This document shows, in pieces, positions 19,526 through 29,412 of a DNA stretch of 64,000 nt. The stretch covers positions 763-64,762 of the forward strand of contig JBHEOA010000058.1 in NCBI GenBank assembly GCA_046261835.1, given 5' to 3'. Under the pieces are notes generated by a model. That model was not told the origin of the DNA. It was given only the letters and a program-made list of their open reading frames with translations, and made no database searches. Every line of letters starts with the position of its first letter. Positions within the stretch are counted from its first letter, which is position 1. The DNA is from Gemmatimonadota bacterium (GTDB lineage Bacteria; Gemmatimonadota; Gemmatimonadetes; JACCXV01; JAHWKZ01). Made by a program: the position numbers and the translations under genes.

Positions 19526-20442
19526 TCGTCCTGCGAGACGTGACGCTACGCGAGGGGCGCGACGTTCCCGGCGTCGGGTTTACCGTCGTCGCGCGGAGGG
19601 CGATCGTCCAGGCGCTGGCGCGCGCGGGCGTGCCGGAAGCCGAGGTCGTCGCCCCATACCGAGTCGCTGAGGACATCGCCGCAGCTCGGGAGCTCGGGCC
19701 GCCCGAGAGCTCGATCCGCATCTCGGGACTCGTCTACGCGAACCGTCCCGGCTGGCTGAGCGAGGTCGAGTCGGCCTGCGAGGTCCTCGATCGCGTCGAT
19801 CTCGTTATGCCGCTTTCTCCCCACCGCGAGCCACGGGAGGCCCGAGAGAAAGCGGACCGCCTCGTCGATGCGCTGCTCGCTTGCCGCGAGCTCCCTCTCG
19901 AGGTCGGTGCGGGCTTCCCGCACGCGACCCAGGTCGATCCCGATTCGGTGGTCGAGCTCTCGCGGCGGGCGGAAGAGGCCGGGGCGCGCCGGATCACGCT
20001 GTACGACACCAACGGCGGCTCGGAGCCCTTCGGCATCCGGCAGCTGACCGGTCGGGTCGTCGCCGCGGTTTCGGTCCCCGTCTTCTTCCACGCCCATAAC
20101 GACCTCGGCCTGGCCACCGCCAACGCGTGGGCGGCGGCGAGCGCCGGCGCGGCGGGCCTCGACGTCACGGTCAACGGCCTCGGCGATCGCGCCGGCAACG
20201 CCAGCCTGGAGCAGGCGGTCGTGCTCCTGCACTCGAGAAACATATCGACAGGCGTCGATCCTTCCGCGCTCGAGGAGCTCTCTCGTGTCGTCGCCGAGAT
20301 GAGCGGGGTCCCGGTTTCGCCGCTCGCCCCGATCGTAGGACGGCACGTGTTCGACCATGTCTCACCGGCGCACGCCGAGACCCCGACCGAGTTCGAGCCG
20401 TTCGACCCGGCCATGATCGGCGCCACGAGGCGAGTCCGATGA
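19513..20442 (+). CDS. HMGL-like (DRE-TIM) synthase/aldolase domain protein, short form without C-terminal regulatory domain
   Basis: LRDVTLREGRDVPGVGF...ITLYDTNGG...HAHNDLGLATANAWAAASAGAAGLDVTVNGLGDRAGNASLEQ are signature motifs of homocitrate/isopropylmalate-synthase-like enzymes. 13-nt overlap with the upstream gene. Stop overlaps the next start. Confidence 0.7.
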   Translation: MGGMIVLRDVTLREGRDVPGVGFTVVARRAIVQALARAGVPEAEVVAPYRVAEDIAAARELGPPESSIRISGLVYANRPGWLSEVESACEVLDRVDLVMPLSPHREPREAREKADRLVDALLACRELPLEVGAGFPHATQVDPDSVVELSRRAEEAGARRITLYDTNGGSEPFGIRQLTGRVVAAVSVPVFFHAHNDLGLATANAWAAASAGAAGLDVTVNGLGDRAGNASLEQAVVLLHSRNISTGVDPSALEELSRVVAEMSGVPVSPLAPIVGRHVFDHVSPAHAETPTEFEPFDPAMIGATRRVR

Positions 20443-21911
20443 ATGTCGTGATGTTCAATCCGGCGCCGAGAAGCGGCTTCCAGGCGTACCGGCGGGTCGA
20501 GCTCCCGCTGAGCGTCCTCTGCCCCGCGAGCCCGCTCGACCGCGATGGCTATCGGGTGACGATCATCGACCAGTTCGCCAACCCCCATTGGGAGCGCGAC
20601 TTCCGAGCGGCCCTGTCGGAGCGTCCGATCTGTCTCGGGATGACGAGCATGACCGGGCCCCAGATCCTCCGGGCGATCGAAGCCGCGCGCTTCGCCAAGG
20701 AGCTCCACCCGGGCCTGCCGGTAGTTTGGGGCGGGATCCACGCCAGCCTGCTGCCCGAACAGACCCTGAGCCACGATGCCGTCGACGTGGTTGTCGTCGG
20801 AGAGGGAGAGGCGACGTTCGCCGCGCTCGTCCAGGCGCTGCGGGACGGAACGCCGCTTTCGGACGTCGCCGGCATCATGTACAAGGAAGACGGAAAGGTC
20901 CGGTTCACCCCCGAACGGCCCTTCATCGACATCGACAAGGAGCCACCCCTCGCGTATCACCTTCTCGACATGGACGAGTACCGCCGGCGCCTCTTCGGTG
21001 TGGATCATGTGACGTTCAACTCGAGTCGCGGGTGCCTCTTCCGCTGCGCCTTTTGCTGGGATCCGGTCATGCACAAGCGGAAGTGGCGGGCGATGGAGCC
21101 GGAGACGGTCCTCGACCACCTCCAGCAGATCATCCGCGACTACGGGATCCGCGGGTTCCTCTTCACCGACGACCACTTCTTCATCGACATGAAGCGGGCC
21201 CGGGGGATCATCGAGGGACTGGTGCGCCTCAACCTCGACGTCACGATCAGCAAGCTCCAGGTCCGGGCCGATACGATTTGCAAGATGGATACCGAGTTCC
21301 TCGAGCTCATGGTGCGGGCGGGCGTCAAGCGGTTCACCGTGGGGATCGAGTCGGGAAGCCAGCGCGTCCTCGATCTGATCAAGAAGGACATGACGGTGGA
21401 GCAGGCGCTCGAGGCGAACCGGAAGCTCGCCCCCTACCCGATCATTCCCCTCTACCTCTTCATGATGGGGATGCCGACCGAGACGCCCGACGAGCTGAGG
21501 GAAAGCTTCGTGCTCGCCGATCGCATGATCGCCGACAATCCGAAGGCTGCGAAGACGTTCAACATCTACACGCCGTACCCGGGGACGGAGCTGTACGGGA
21601 TCGCGATCCAGCGCGGGCTCAAGGTTCCCGAGCAGCTCGAGGATTGGGCGCGGTTCAACTTCCGGAACGTCCAGAAGGACGCCGACTGGATCGAGCCCGA
21701 GACGAAGCGGTTGGTCGAGTACCTCGATTTCCCGCTCATGTTTCTGGGGGCGAACTTCGTCCACCCCTATCGCGCTACGAACCGTCTCGTCGTCTCACTC
21801 GGAAAGCTCTATGCGCCGGTCGCGCGCTACCGCGTCCAGAACATGGACGTCCGCTTCCCCATCGAGTCGGAGGTCGTCAAGCGGCTCGGGCTCTTCGCTC
21901 GCCAGGACTGA
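20439..21911 (+). CDS. B12-binding domain-containing (class B) radical SAM enzyme
   Basis: N-terminal cobalamin-binding region (ICLGMTSMTGPQI...VVWGGIHAS), then radical SAM CxxxCxxC SRGCLFRCAFCWDP. 491 aa; ATGA overlap with the upstream gene. Confidence 0.8.
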   Translation: MNVVMFNPAPRSGFQAYRRVELPLSVLCPASPLDRDGYRVTIIDQFANPHWERDFRAALSERPICLGMTSMTGPQILRAIEAARFAKELHPGLPVVWGGIHASLLPEQTLSHDAVDVVVVGEGEATFAALVQALRDGTPLSDVAGIMYKEDGKVRFTPERPFIDIDKEPPLAYHLLDMDEYRRRLFGVDHVTFNSSRGCLFRCAFCWDPVMHKRKWRAMEPETVLDHLQQIIRDYGIRGFLFTDDHFFIDMKRARGIIEGLVRLNLDVTISKLQVRADTICKMDTEFLELMVRAGVKRFTVGIESGSQRVLDLIKKDMTVEQALEANRKLAPYPIIPLYLFMMGMPTETPDELRESFVLADRMIADNPKAAKTFNIYTPYPGTELYGIAIQRGLKVPEQLEDWARFNFRNVQKDADWIEPETKRLVEYLDFPLMFLGANFVHPYRATNRLVVSLGKLYAPVARYRVQNMDVRFPIESEVVKRLGLFARQD

Positions 21912-21938
21912 TCCGACGGTACGCGACCCGATCCCGCG

Positions 21939-23128
21939 TTGAGCGCGCCGCCCCTCGTCGTCCTGGGCCTCGATTCGGGGGATCCCGATCTCCTCCTCCG
22001 TTGGGCCGGGGAGGGCCATCTCCCAGCGATCGCCTCCCTGCTCGAACGAGGCGCGGTCGGTCGCCTGACCGGCCCCGAGATGATCAGCGCGCACGGCGTC
22101 TGGATGTCGCTCTGGAGCGGCGTTTCCTTGAGCGAGCACGGCCACTATCTCCGGCGGCCGCTCGTCCCCGGGACGTACGAGACCCGGCGGCTCCACCCGT
22201 CCGAAGCGGGAGCGCCGCCGTTCTGGACCAGACTTCACGAACGACCGCCGGGTTCTCGCCGTCGACGCGCCCGAGACCTGGCCGCTCGCCGGGTTGACCG
22301 GATACCAGCTCACGCAGTGGGGTCATCACAACGCGGGCTTCCCGACCGCCAGCGAGCCGGCACATCTCGTTTCCGACGTTCGCCGTCGCTTCGGCCCGCC
22401 AATCTCCACCAACGAGAGTCGGCCGCTGGCTGCCCTCGCGATGGATCCATCGGCTCGAGGCCCAGCGACGCGGCAAAGGGACGGAATGGAGTCGCACGAT
22501 CGCCTTCCCGATACCGTCCTATTACACGGGTCTCTTCCGCGTCAATCTAGAGGGCCGTGAGCCCCAGGGAATCGTGACGCGGGGTCAGGAGTACGAGGTC
22601 GTCCTCTGGCGGCTCGAGGAGGACCTGCGAATGCTCACCGACGAAGAGAGCGGCGAGCCGGTCGTCGAGAGGGTGACGCGGGCTGTCGACCTTTTCGGAG
22701 GAGAGCCGCCGTTGAAATTGCCCGACCTGTTCGTCGAGTGGCGCGCCGACGGTCAGTTCATGGGTCGAGTCGTTCACCCGCGCGGAACTCTCACCCAACG
22801 GCGGTACGGCTCGCCACGCGGCAATCACCACTCCCGCGTGGGGCAGGTCATCGCGGGCGGCCCGGCCATCTCCGCCCGCGGCGGAATCGAAGACTTTTCG
22901 CCCCTCGATTTCGCGCCTTTGTTCCTGCAGATCATGGGAGAAGCCGTTCCCGCCGGCTCGTCGCGGCGTGCCATCGAGATTTTCCTCGGCCCGGGCCGTC
23001 GGTCCTCGGTTGAGCGCTCGGAAGCCGCGTCGGAGCGGCTCAGGACGGGTCCGGCACGCCGATCGGACGGCCCTGCTCGAGCGCCAGCAACAGGCGCTTC
23101 CGCCACAGACCTCCGCCGTAACCCGTGA
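21939..23128 (+). pseudogene. AP-superfamily type I phosphodiesterase/nucleotide pyrophosphatase-like gene split over three frames (2 frameshifts, ~22240 and ~22435); true 3' end uncertain
   Basis: Frame 0 LVVLGLDSGDPDLLLRW...FWTRL, then frame +1 DRRVLAVDAPETWPLAGLTGYQLTQWGHHNAGFP, then frame +2 WSRTIAFPIPSYYTGLFRVNLEGREPQGIVTRGQEYEVVLWRLEEDLRMLTDEESGEPVVERV...APLFLQIMGEAVP. All are contiguous family-typical segments. Confidence 0.55.
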
Positions 23129-24119
23129 GCCGGCCGTCGCTCCCGATCACCCGGTGGCACGGCACGATGATCGCCACGCGGTTGTCGCCGTTCGCGCGCG
23201 CCACGGCGCGCACCGCTCCTGGATCACCGAGCCGCTCCGCCTGTTCGGTGTAGGAGCGCGTCTCTCCGTAGGGGATCTCGCGGAGCACCCGCCGCACCCG
23301 TTCCTGGAACTCCGTACCGGAGGTCGAAACGGGGACCTCGAACTCACGCCGGCGCCCGGCCAGGTATTCACCCAGCTCGGCCTCCGCGCGGTCAAGCACG
23401 TCGTTCCGGCCCGGCGCGTAGACGGCGTCCAATCGGCCCGCTAGACGCTCGAGCTGGATCTCGAGCATGCGGCGATCGGCGAATTCGAGGAGGACCAAAG
23501 CCTCTTCCGTCGCGGCCGCCACCATCGGCCCGAGAGGCGTCCCGAATCGCGTAAGAAGGACGACCGTGGCACTCCGGCTCCGACCCGGCGACTTCCCGGT
23601 CAACCGCCGGACGGCGTCGTAGAAACCGGAGAGCGACTCGTAGCCGTAACCTGCCGCCGACGCGGCGATCCCGTGGCCGTTCCCCATCGCCCGCAGGGCG
23701 CCACCCAGCCGCAGCCCCCGCTGCCACGCCTGGAACGTCATTCCGTGGTGGCGGAGGAACCAGCGCCGGGCACGGGCTGGATCGATCCCCCGCTCGCGCA
23801 GGTCGGAGTCCCGGATCCGAATGTCGGGGTTCGCGCGGAGCTCTTCGGTCAGAGCTCGCACCCACTCCGGGGCGGACTTGCCGAGCTCGAGGGGTCGACA
23901 CCTGAGGCACGGGCGGTAGCCGCTGAAGAGCGCCTCGCGTGCCGTTCCGAAGAACTCGACGTTCCGGTCGGACGGCTTCCGCGCGGGGCAGGACGGAAGA
24001 CAGAAGATCCCCGTCGTCCGGACGGCCGTGAAGAAAACTCCGTTGTAGCCGGCGTCGCGCTCCGCCATGGCGCGGAGCATCTCCTCACGCGCGGGGAGGG
24101 TCGGGATCTCGAGCTGCAT
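23040..24119 (-). CDS. ada: Bifunctional Ada: methylphosphotriester-DNA methyltransferase/AraC-type regulator fused to O6-methylguanine-DNA methyltransferase
   Basis: N-terminal Zn site FFTAVRTTGIFCLPSCPARKP and HTH. C-terminal MGMT active site IIVPCHRVIGSDGRLTGYGGG. Confidence 0.8.
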   Translation of the reverse strand: MQLEIPTLPAREEMLRAMAERDAGYNGVFFTAVRTTGIFCLPSCPARKPSDRNVEFFGTAREALFSGYRPCLRCRPLELGKSAPEWVRALTEELRANPDIRIRDSDLRERGIDPARARRWFLRHHGMTFQAWQRGLRLGGALRAMGNGHGIAASAAGYGYESLSGFYDAVRRLTGKSPGRSRSATVVLLTRFGTPLGPMVAAATEEALVLLEFADRRMLEIQLERLAGRLDAVYAPGRNDVLDRAEAELGEYLAGRRREFEVPVSTSGTEFQERVRRVLREIPYGETRSYTEQAERLGDPGAVRAVARANGDNRVAIIVPCHRVIGSDGRLTGYGGGLWRKRLLLALEQGRPIGVPDPS

Positions 24120-24196
24120 GCCACTACCCTACCCGACGACGGCGCGGACGTCTACCGAAAACCGGACACCGAATCAGGCGCGAGACCTTGCCGATC

Positions 24197-25104
24197 TCAT
24201 GGCACGCAGCCGTCTCCACTTTCGAGCCACCCCAGGAAGGCGCGCGCGAATGGGGACGACTCGAGATCTCCCCTCTGGAGCGGGAACGGGGTGCTGAGCC
24301 GGTCGCTGTTCGCCAGCAAAGCGAACGAGGCTCCACGGGACGGGACCAGCACGATGAGCGCGGAGTTCCCTATCCATGAGCCAAAGTGCCAGAGGATCCT
24401 GCCACCGGGGCCCTCCTCCACGAACCAACCAAGGCCGTACGGGAGCTCCGCGCCCGAAGGCGTCCGCGCTGGCGAGAAGGCCAGCTCACGACCACCCGGC
24501 GGGTAGAGCCTGCCCGCCTCGATCGCCGCGGCGTACGCGACCAGATCGAGCACCGTGGAGACGAGCCCGGCCGCCGTGCCGACGTTGGTGGGGTAGCTTA
24601 TGGGCCGGCCCTGGGCATCGTATCCCTGCGCGAGCGCGCGGCGGAATCGCCTCCCCGTCGATTCCAGTTCCCGCGGTTCCAGCCAGAGAGGAAGGGGCGG
24701 TCCGCGGCAGCCCTTCCGGTACGATGATGCGCGCGACGACCTCCTCCGCGAACCACCTGCCGGTGGTTCGCAGGACGACCGAATCGAGGAGGGCGTAGCG
24801 GTCGCCGTCGTAGCGGAAGCGAGACCCGGGTGGCGGTTCGGATGTGTGGCTCAGAAGGTGCCGACCCGAACGTCCCCCGAGAGCTGGATCCCATAAGCGG
24901 AGACCGGATCGTCCAACGAGATGCTCCCCTGTGCGGCGAGCTGGAGGAGGACGATCGAGGCGAATGTCTTCGTGAGCGAAGCGATGTGGAAAACCGTTTC
25001 CGGCGTAGCGGGCGTGCCGCCGGCCACGTCGGCAAAACTGAAGCCCTCCGCCCATCGACCAGCACGGCCAGGACGAGCACTCCCGCGATTTGGAAGCGAT
25101 GCAT
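24197..25104 (-). pseudogene. Beta-lactamase/transpeptidase-family serine hydrolase, at least 3 frameshifts and no signal peptide
   Basis: Own translation recovers FADVAGGTPATPETVFHIASLTKTFASIVLLQL (SxxK), RHLLSHTSE, RYALLDSVVLRTTG and LAQGYDAQGRPISYPTNVGTAAGLVSTVLDLVAYAAA spread over three frames. Confidence 0.5.
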
Positions 25105-25127
25105 GGAGAGCAGGAAGGATGTCGGGC

Positions 25128-26669
25128 TCAGCGTGATATCTCCCTCAGCGCTGCGCGGTCGACCTTGCCGAGGTGAGTCCGCGGCAGTACGTCGAGGAAG
25201 ACGACCTCGCGCGGATACTTGTAGGGCTCGAGCCTCTCGCGTACGAAAGCCTGGAGGTCGGCAGCGAGCTGCTCTCGGTCGGCAGCGCATCGGAGAACGA
25301 CACACGCCCGCGGCACCGTGAGCCCGGCTGCGTTGGTTACGCCCACGACGGCGACGTCGGCGACAACCGGATGAGCCAGCAAGCACCCCTCGACCTCCCC
25401 GGGCGAGAGCCATTTCCCGCCCACCTTGAGCATGTCGTCGCCGCGGCCGCTGTAGGTGAAGTAGCCGTCGGAGTCGCGCACGACCATGTCGCCGGAAATG
25501 TACCACTCGCCGCGAAACGCTTCGATCGTGCGCTCCATCCGCTGCCAGTAGCCTATCGCGCGCGAGCCGCCTTTGACCCACAGCCATCCGACCTCGCCGT
25601 CGGGCACGGGACGCCCCTCGTCGTCGCGCACCTCGACGCTGAAGTCGGGCACGACCTGGCCCAAGGTGCCGCGCACCGTGCCGGGGCGGTTGGAGAGGAA
25701 GATGTGCCACATCTCGGCGGTCCCCAGCCCGTCGAGGAGATCGATGCCGAAGGTATCGTCCCATCGGCGATGGAGCTCGACCGGCAAGGCCTCGCCGGCG
25801 CACGTCGCGAACCGCAGCGACGATAGGTCGTGCTGTCGCGCGGCGGGGTGATCGACCATCAGGTGCACCATCTTGGGAACGGTGACCAGCACCGTCGGCC
25901 GGAACCGATCGATCTTCTCGAAAACGACTTCCGCCGTCGCGGCTTCGGCAAAGAGGACGGCGGACCCGCCGACGGAGAACGGGAAGAACAGGTTCGACCC
26001 CATCGCGTATCCGAAATAGAGCTTGGGCACCGAGAGCGTGATGTCGTTCTCGGTGAGGTCGAGAACCCCCTGGCCGTAGCACACTGTCGTGTTGGCGTAG
26101 GATCGGTGGGGCTGCACCACCGCCTTGGGTCGCCCGGTGGTCCCGCCCGAAAAGAGCCATATCGCAGGATCGTCACGATGGGAGGGAAACGTCTCGAGGG
26201 TCGCCGACGCGGCTTCGAGAGAGCGGTCCGTTTCGAGCTCGCCCACGATGAGAAGGTTTTTCAGATGGCGCGCGGTAGTCCGGGCTTCCGTGAATGGTCC
26301 GGTCGCGTCGCGCGCCACGATCGCCGCCGCCGCCCGGGTGTAGTCGAGGAAGTAGTCGATGGCGTCGCGCGGCTGGGCCGGGTTGACCATGACCACCACG
26401 GCGCCAATCTTCAGCGCGCCGAAGAGAGCGGCGACGAACTCGGGCCCATCGGGAAGAGCGACGATCACCCGCTGCTCGGGCTCGACGCCCGCCTCCCGGA
26501 GCACGTTTCCGAACTGGTTCGCGAGCTCCTGGACCTCGGCATAGGTCCAGTCCCGGCGGTCGGTGCGGAGGGCGATGCGGTCGCCCCGCCCCTCGCGAAC
26601 CCGAGCGTCGAGGAGCCAGTCGGCGATGTTGAGGTGAGCGGGCGGCTCGAATCCCATGGTGGCGGCCAT
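25128..26669 (-). CDS. Benzoate-CoA ligase-family aryl-CoA ligase (probable 2-aminobenzoate-CoA ligase)
   Basis: AMP-binding motifs LFSGGTTGRPKAV, YGTAE-like GLGTAEMWHIF, GEWYISGDM, LPRTHLGKVDR. Family layout matches benzoate/4-HBA/2-aminobenzoate-CoA ligases. Context supports anthranilate as substrate. Confidence 0.75.
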   Translation of the reverse strand: MAATMGFEPPAHLNIADWLLDARVREGRGDRIALRTDRRDWTYAEVQELANQFGNVLREAGVEPEQRVIVALPDGPEFVAALFGALKIGAVVVMVNPAQPRDAIDYFLDYTRAAAAIVARDATGPFTEARTTARHLKNLLIVGELETDRSLEAASATLETFPSHRDDPAIWLFSGGTTGRPKAVVQPHRSYANTTVCYGQGVLDLTENDITLSVPKLYFGYAMGSNLFFPFSVGGSAVLFAEAATAEVVFEKIDRFRPTVLVTVPKMVHLMVDHPAARQHDLSSLRFATCAGEALPVELHRRWDDTFGIDLLDGLGTAEMWHIFLSNRPGTVRGTLGQVVPDFSVEVRDDEGRPVPDGEVGWLWVKGGSRAIGYWQRMERTIEAFRGEWYISGDMVVRDSDGYFTYSGRGDDMLKVGGKWLSPGEVEGCLLAHPVVADVAVVGVTNAAGLTVPRACVVLRCAADREQLAADLQAFVRERLEPYKYPREVVFLDVLPRTHLGKVDRAALREISR

Positions 26670-27441
26670 GATATCCGACGGCGCGAACGTGCGGCAATGG
26701 GCGGCCTCGACGTGGGAAGAGCTGAACGAGCTCGATCCCGGACGGCTGGTCGCGATCCTGCCGGTCGGCGCGATCGAGGCGCACGGACCGCACCTTCCAC
26801 TCGCCACCGATGTCGTGATCGCGGAGGCGATGGCGCGCCGTGGGGCGGAGGTCCTCGCCGCGCGGGGTATCGACGCGATCGTGCTGCCGACCCTGGCTTA
26901 CACGGTCGCCGGATTCGCCGCCGGCTTCCGCGGAACGATCTCGGTCCGACCGACGACCGTGATGTCGCTCGTGACCGACGTCGCCGACTCGCTAGCGGCT
27001 CAGGGATTCGCGGGTCTGGTCCTCGCCAACGTGCACTTCGATCCAGAGCACCTCGAAGCGATGCGCGAGACGGTCGAGGCCTCACCTCTTCCCATCGTCT
27101 TCCCCGACCTCACGCGGCGATCCTGGGCGACGCGCCTGGGAGAGGAGTTCCAGAGAGGCGCCTGCCACGCCGGTCAGTTCGAGGGTTCGGTCGTCCTCGC
27201 CGAACGGATGGAGTGGGTGCGGCAGGAGATTGCGCGCGAGCTCCCCGCCGTCGACATCTCGCTGTCGGCGGCGATTCAGCAGGGGAAACGGTCGTTCGAG
27301 GAGGCGGGGCTCGACCGAGCCTACTGCGGCAACCCGGCCGCCGCGACGGCGGACGAGGGACGCGAGACGATCGAGGTGCTGGCGACGATCCTGGCCGACG
27401 CCGTCGTCGAAGCGGGTCTGCCCGCGCCAACAAGGTCATGA
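26668..27441 (+). CDS. Creatininase-family amidohydrolase (start uncertain, possibly GTG ~26689)
   Basis: STWEELNEL...LVAILPVGAIEAHGPHLPLATDV creatininase-family signature. Divergent from the ligase with overlapping candidate starts. Confidence 0.65.
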   Translation: MISDGANVRQWAASTWEELNELDPGRLVAILPVGAIEAHGPHLPLATDVVIAEAMARRGAEVLAARGIDAIVLPTLAYTVAGFAAGFRGTISVRPTTVMSLVTDVADSLAAQGFAGLVLANVHFDPEHLEAMRETVEASPLPIVFPDLTRRSWATRLGEEFQRGACHAGQFEGSVVLAERMEWVRQEIARELPAVDISLSAAIQQGKRSFEEAGLDRAYCGNPAAATADEGRETIEVLATILADAVVEAGLPAPTRS

Positions 27442-28211
27442 ACGCCGCCCTCGCCGGTCGGGGCGCGGTCGTGACCGGTGGCGGGCGCGGGATCGGCGCC
27501 GCGATCGCCCGCGCGCTCGCCGCAGCTGGCGCACGAGTCGTCCTGGCCGCTCGAACGAAGACCGAGGTCGAAGCTGTCGCCGCCTCGATCCGCGACGCGG
27601 GCGGCGAGGCGTGGGCAGTCCCGTGCGACGTCACGACCGAGGCTGGCGTCGAGACCCTCGAGGCCGCCGCCACCGAACGGCTCGGTCAGGTCGACATCCT
27701 CGTCAACAACGCCGGGGCCGCGAACTCCGCGCCGGTCGCCCGGACTTCGCTCGCCGAATGGAATCGCCTGTTCGCTGTGAACGCGACGTCTACGTTTCTC
27801 TGCACGCGCGCTTTCCTCTCCGCCATGATGGAACGGAAACAGGGGCGCGTGGTCAACATCGCGTCCATGGCGGGTCTCGAGGGCGGCCCTTACATCGCGG
27901 CGTATGCGGCGGCCAAGCACGCCGTCATGGGCTTCACGCGGTCCGCTGCCGCCGAGGCCGCTCCGCACGGGGTGACGGTCAACGCGGTTTGCCCGGGCTA
28001 CGTCGATACGGATCTGACGCGGGAGTCGATTGCCCGGATCGTCGCGAGGACGGGTCGCACCGAATCCGAGGCGTTGGCATCGATGCTCACCAGCACTTCT
28101 CAGGATCGACTCATCGACCCCGCTGAGGTCGCCCGCGCGGTGGTACGGCTGTGCGAGGAGAACGTGAACGGACAGGAGATTGTGCTCGAAGGCAAGGGAG
28201 TACCCGCGTGA
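27438..28211 (+). CDS. SDR-family oxidoreductase (3-oxoacyl/3-hydroxyacyl reductase-like)
   Basis: GAVVTGGGRGIGAAIA Rossmann motif; NAG; catalytic YIAAYAAAKHAV. ATGA overlap with creatininase gene. Confidence 0.75.
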   Translation: MNAALAGRGAVVTGGGRGIGAAIARALAAAGARVVLAARTKTEVEAVAASIRDAGGEAWAVPCDVTTEAGVETLEAAATERLGQVDILVNNAGAANSAPVARTSLAEWNRLFAVNATSTFLCTRAFLSAMMERKQGRVVNIASMAGLEGGPYIAAYAAAKHAVMGFTRSAAAEAAPHGVTVNAVCPGYVDTDLTRESIARIVARTGRTESEALASMLTSTSQDRLIDPAEVARAVVRLCEENVNGQEIVLEGKGVPA

Positions 28212-28618
28212 CAGCGCGGCGCGGCCTCGATTTCGTGAACCCGGCCGAGCTGGGGGCGGGACGCGGGTTTTCGCACGGCGTCCTCGCGCCGGCCGGCGCG
28301 CGCGTGCTGTTCGTCGCCGGCCAGACCGCTCCCGGTCCCGAGGGATTCGTCGCGCAGTTCGCGGCCGCGCTCGATCGCGTGCTCGCAGTCGTTCGCGCGG
28401 CTGGCGGCGGCCCCAAAGACGTCGCGCGCATGACGGTCTGGGTGACCGATATGGCGGCGTACCGCGCGAGCCTCCAGCCGATCGGCGAGCAATGGCGCGA
28501 AAGGATGGGACGTCATTACCCCGCGATGGCGCTGGTCGAGGTCACGTCGCTCGTCGATCCGGCAGCCATTGTCGAGATCGAGGCGACCGCCGTCATCCCA
28601 CAGGAGAAAGGCCCATGA
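28207..28618 (+). CDS. RidA/YjgF-family protein
   Basis: VLFVAGQTA...MTVWVTDMAAY...LVEVTSLVDPAAIVEIEATAV; GTG start overlapping the SDR stop (GTGA). Confidence 0.65.
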
Positions 28619-29412
28619 TCGAGCCCCGATCGTTCCGGTACGAGCACGATCGCGAGAGCGGGACCGTGATGATCACGCTGGACCGCCCCCAGCGACTGAA
28701 CGCGCTCACGTTCGAGGTCTACGAGGACCTCCGGGACACGTTCCGCGCGCTGGTCGAGGAGACCGACGTCCAGTCCGTGGTAATCACGGGAGCCGGGCAG
28801 GCCTTTTGCTCGGGTGGGGACGTCGAGGAAATCATCGGCCAGCTCATCGGGCGAAATGAGGAAGAGTTGTACCTGTTCACACGTATGACGTGCGACCTGG
28901 TGCTGGCGATCCGCCGATGTCCCTATCCCGTGATCGCCGCGCTCAACGGCACCGTGGCCGGCGCCGGCGCGGTGATCGCCGTCGCCTGCGATATCCGGAT
29001 CGCCTCGGAGACTGCTCGAATCGCGTTCCTCTTCACCAAGGTCGGGCTCTCCGGAGCCGACATGGGGACGGCATGGCTCCTGCCGAGGATCGTCGGCCTC
29101 GGCAAGGCGACCGAGCTCCTCGTGACCGGGGAATTCATCGACGCCGACGAAGCACTCCGGATCGGCCTGTACAATCGGGTCGTCCCGCCGAAACTCCTGT
29201 TCAACGAGGCGTGTGGGTTCGCGCGGCTGTTCTCCCGCGGACCGTCGGCCTCGATCGCCGTGACCAAGCGGGCTCTGGACGATGAATGGACGATGAGCCT
29301 CGAAGAAGCGCTCGAGAATGAGGCTCGGGTTCAAGCTCAGATGATGACGCATCCCGATTTCCGCGAGGCGTACGACGCCTGGCGCGAGAAGCGCCCGCCC
29401 AAGTTCAGTTGA
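28615..29412 (+). CDS. Enoyl-CoA hydratase/isomerase (crotonase fold)
   Basis: VVITGAGQAFCSGGDV...IAALNGTVAGAGAVIAVACDIRIAS...GLYNRVV crotonase motifs; ATGA overlap upstream. Confidence 0.8.
   Translation: MIEPRSFRYEHDRESGTVMITLDRPQRLNALTFEVYEDLRDTFRALVEETDVQSVVITGAGQAFCSGGDVEEIIGQLIGRNEEELYLFTRMTCDLVLAIRRCPYPVIAALNGTVAGAGAVIAVACDIRIASETARIAFLFTKVGLSGADMGTAWLLPRIVGLGKATELLVTGEFIDADEALRIGLYNRVVPPKLLFNEACGFARLFSRGPSASIAVTKRALDDEWTMSLEEALENEARVQAQMMTHPDFREAYDAWREKRPPKFS

Noticed and set aside
18327-23128. Phosphonate biosynthesis cluster (HMGL-like FrbC/Pmm analogue + B12-rSAM PhpK/Fom3 analogue + AP-superfamily PhnA-like)
   Set aside because: No PEP mutase or phosphonopyruvate decarboxylase in the window. 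The similarity is only at family level. Kept as an analogy inside finding 1, not as a call.
26656-28211. Possible mycofactocin system (creatininase-family MftE-like + SDR)
   Set aside because: No MftA/MftB/MftC (SPASM radical SAM) nearby. The only radical SAM gene is a B12-binding class-B type 6 kb away in a different operon. The creatininase and SDR are better explained as part of the 2-aminobenzoyl-CoA operon.
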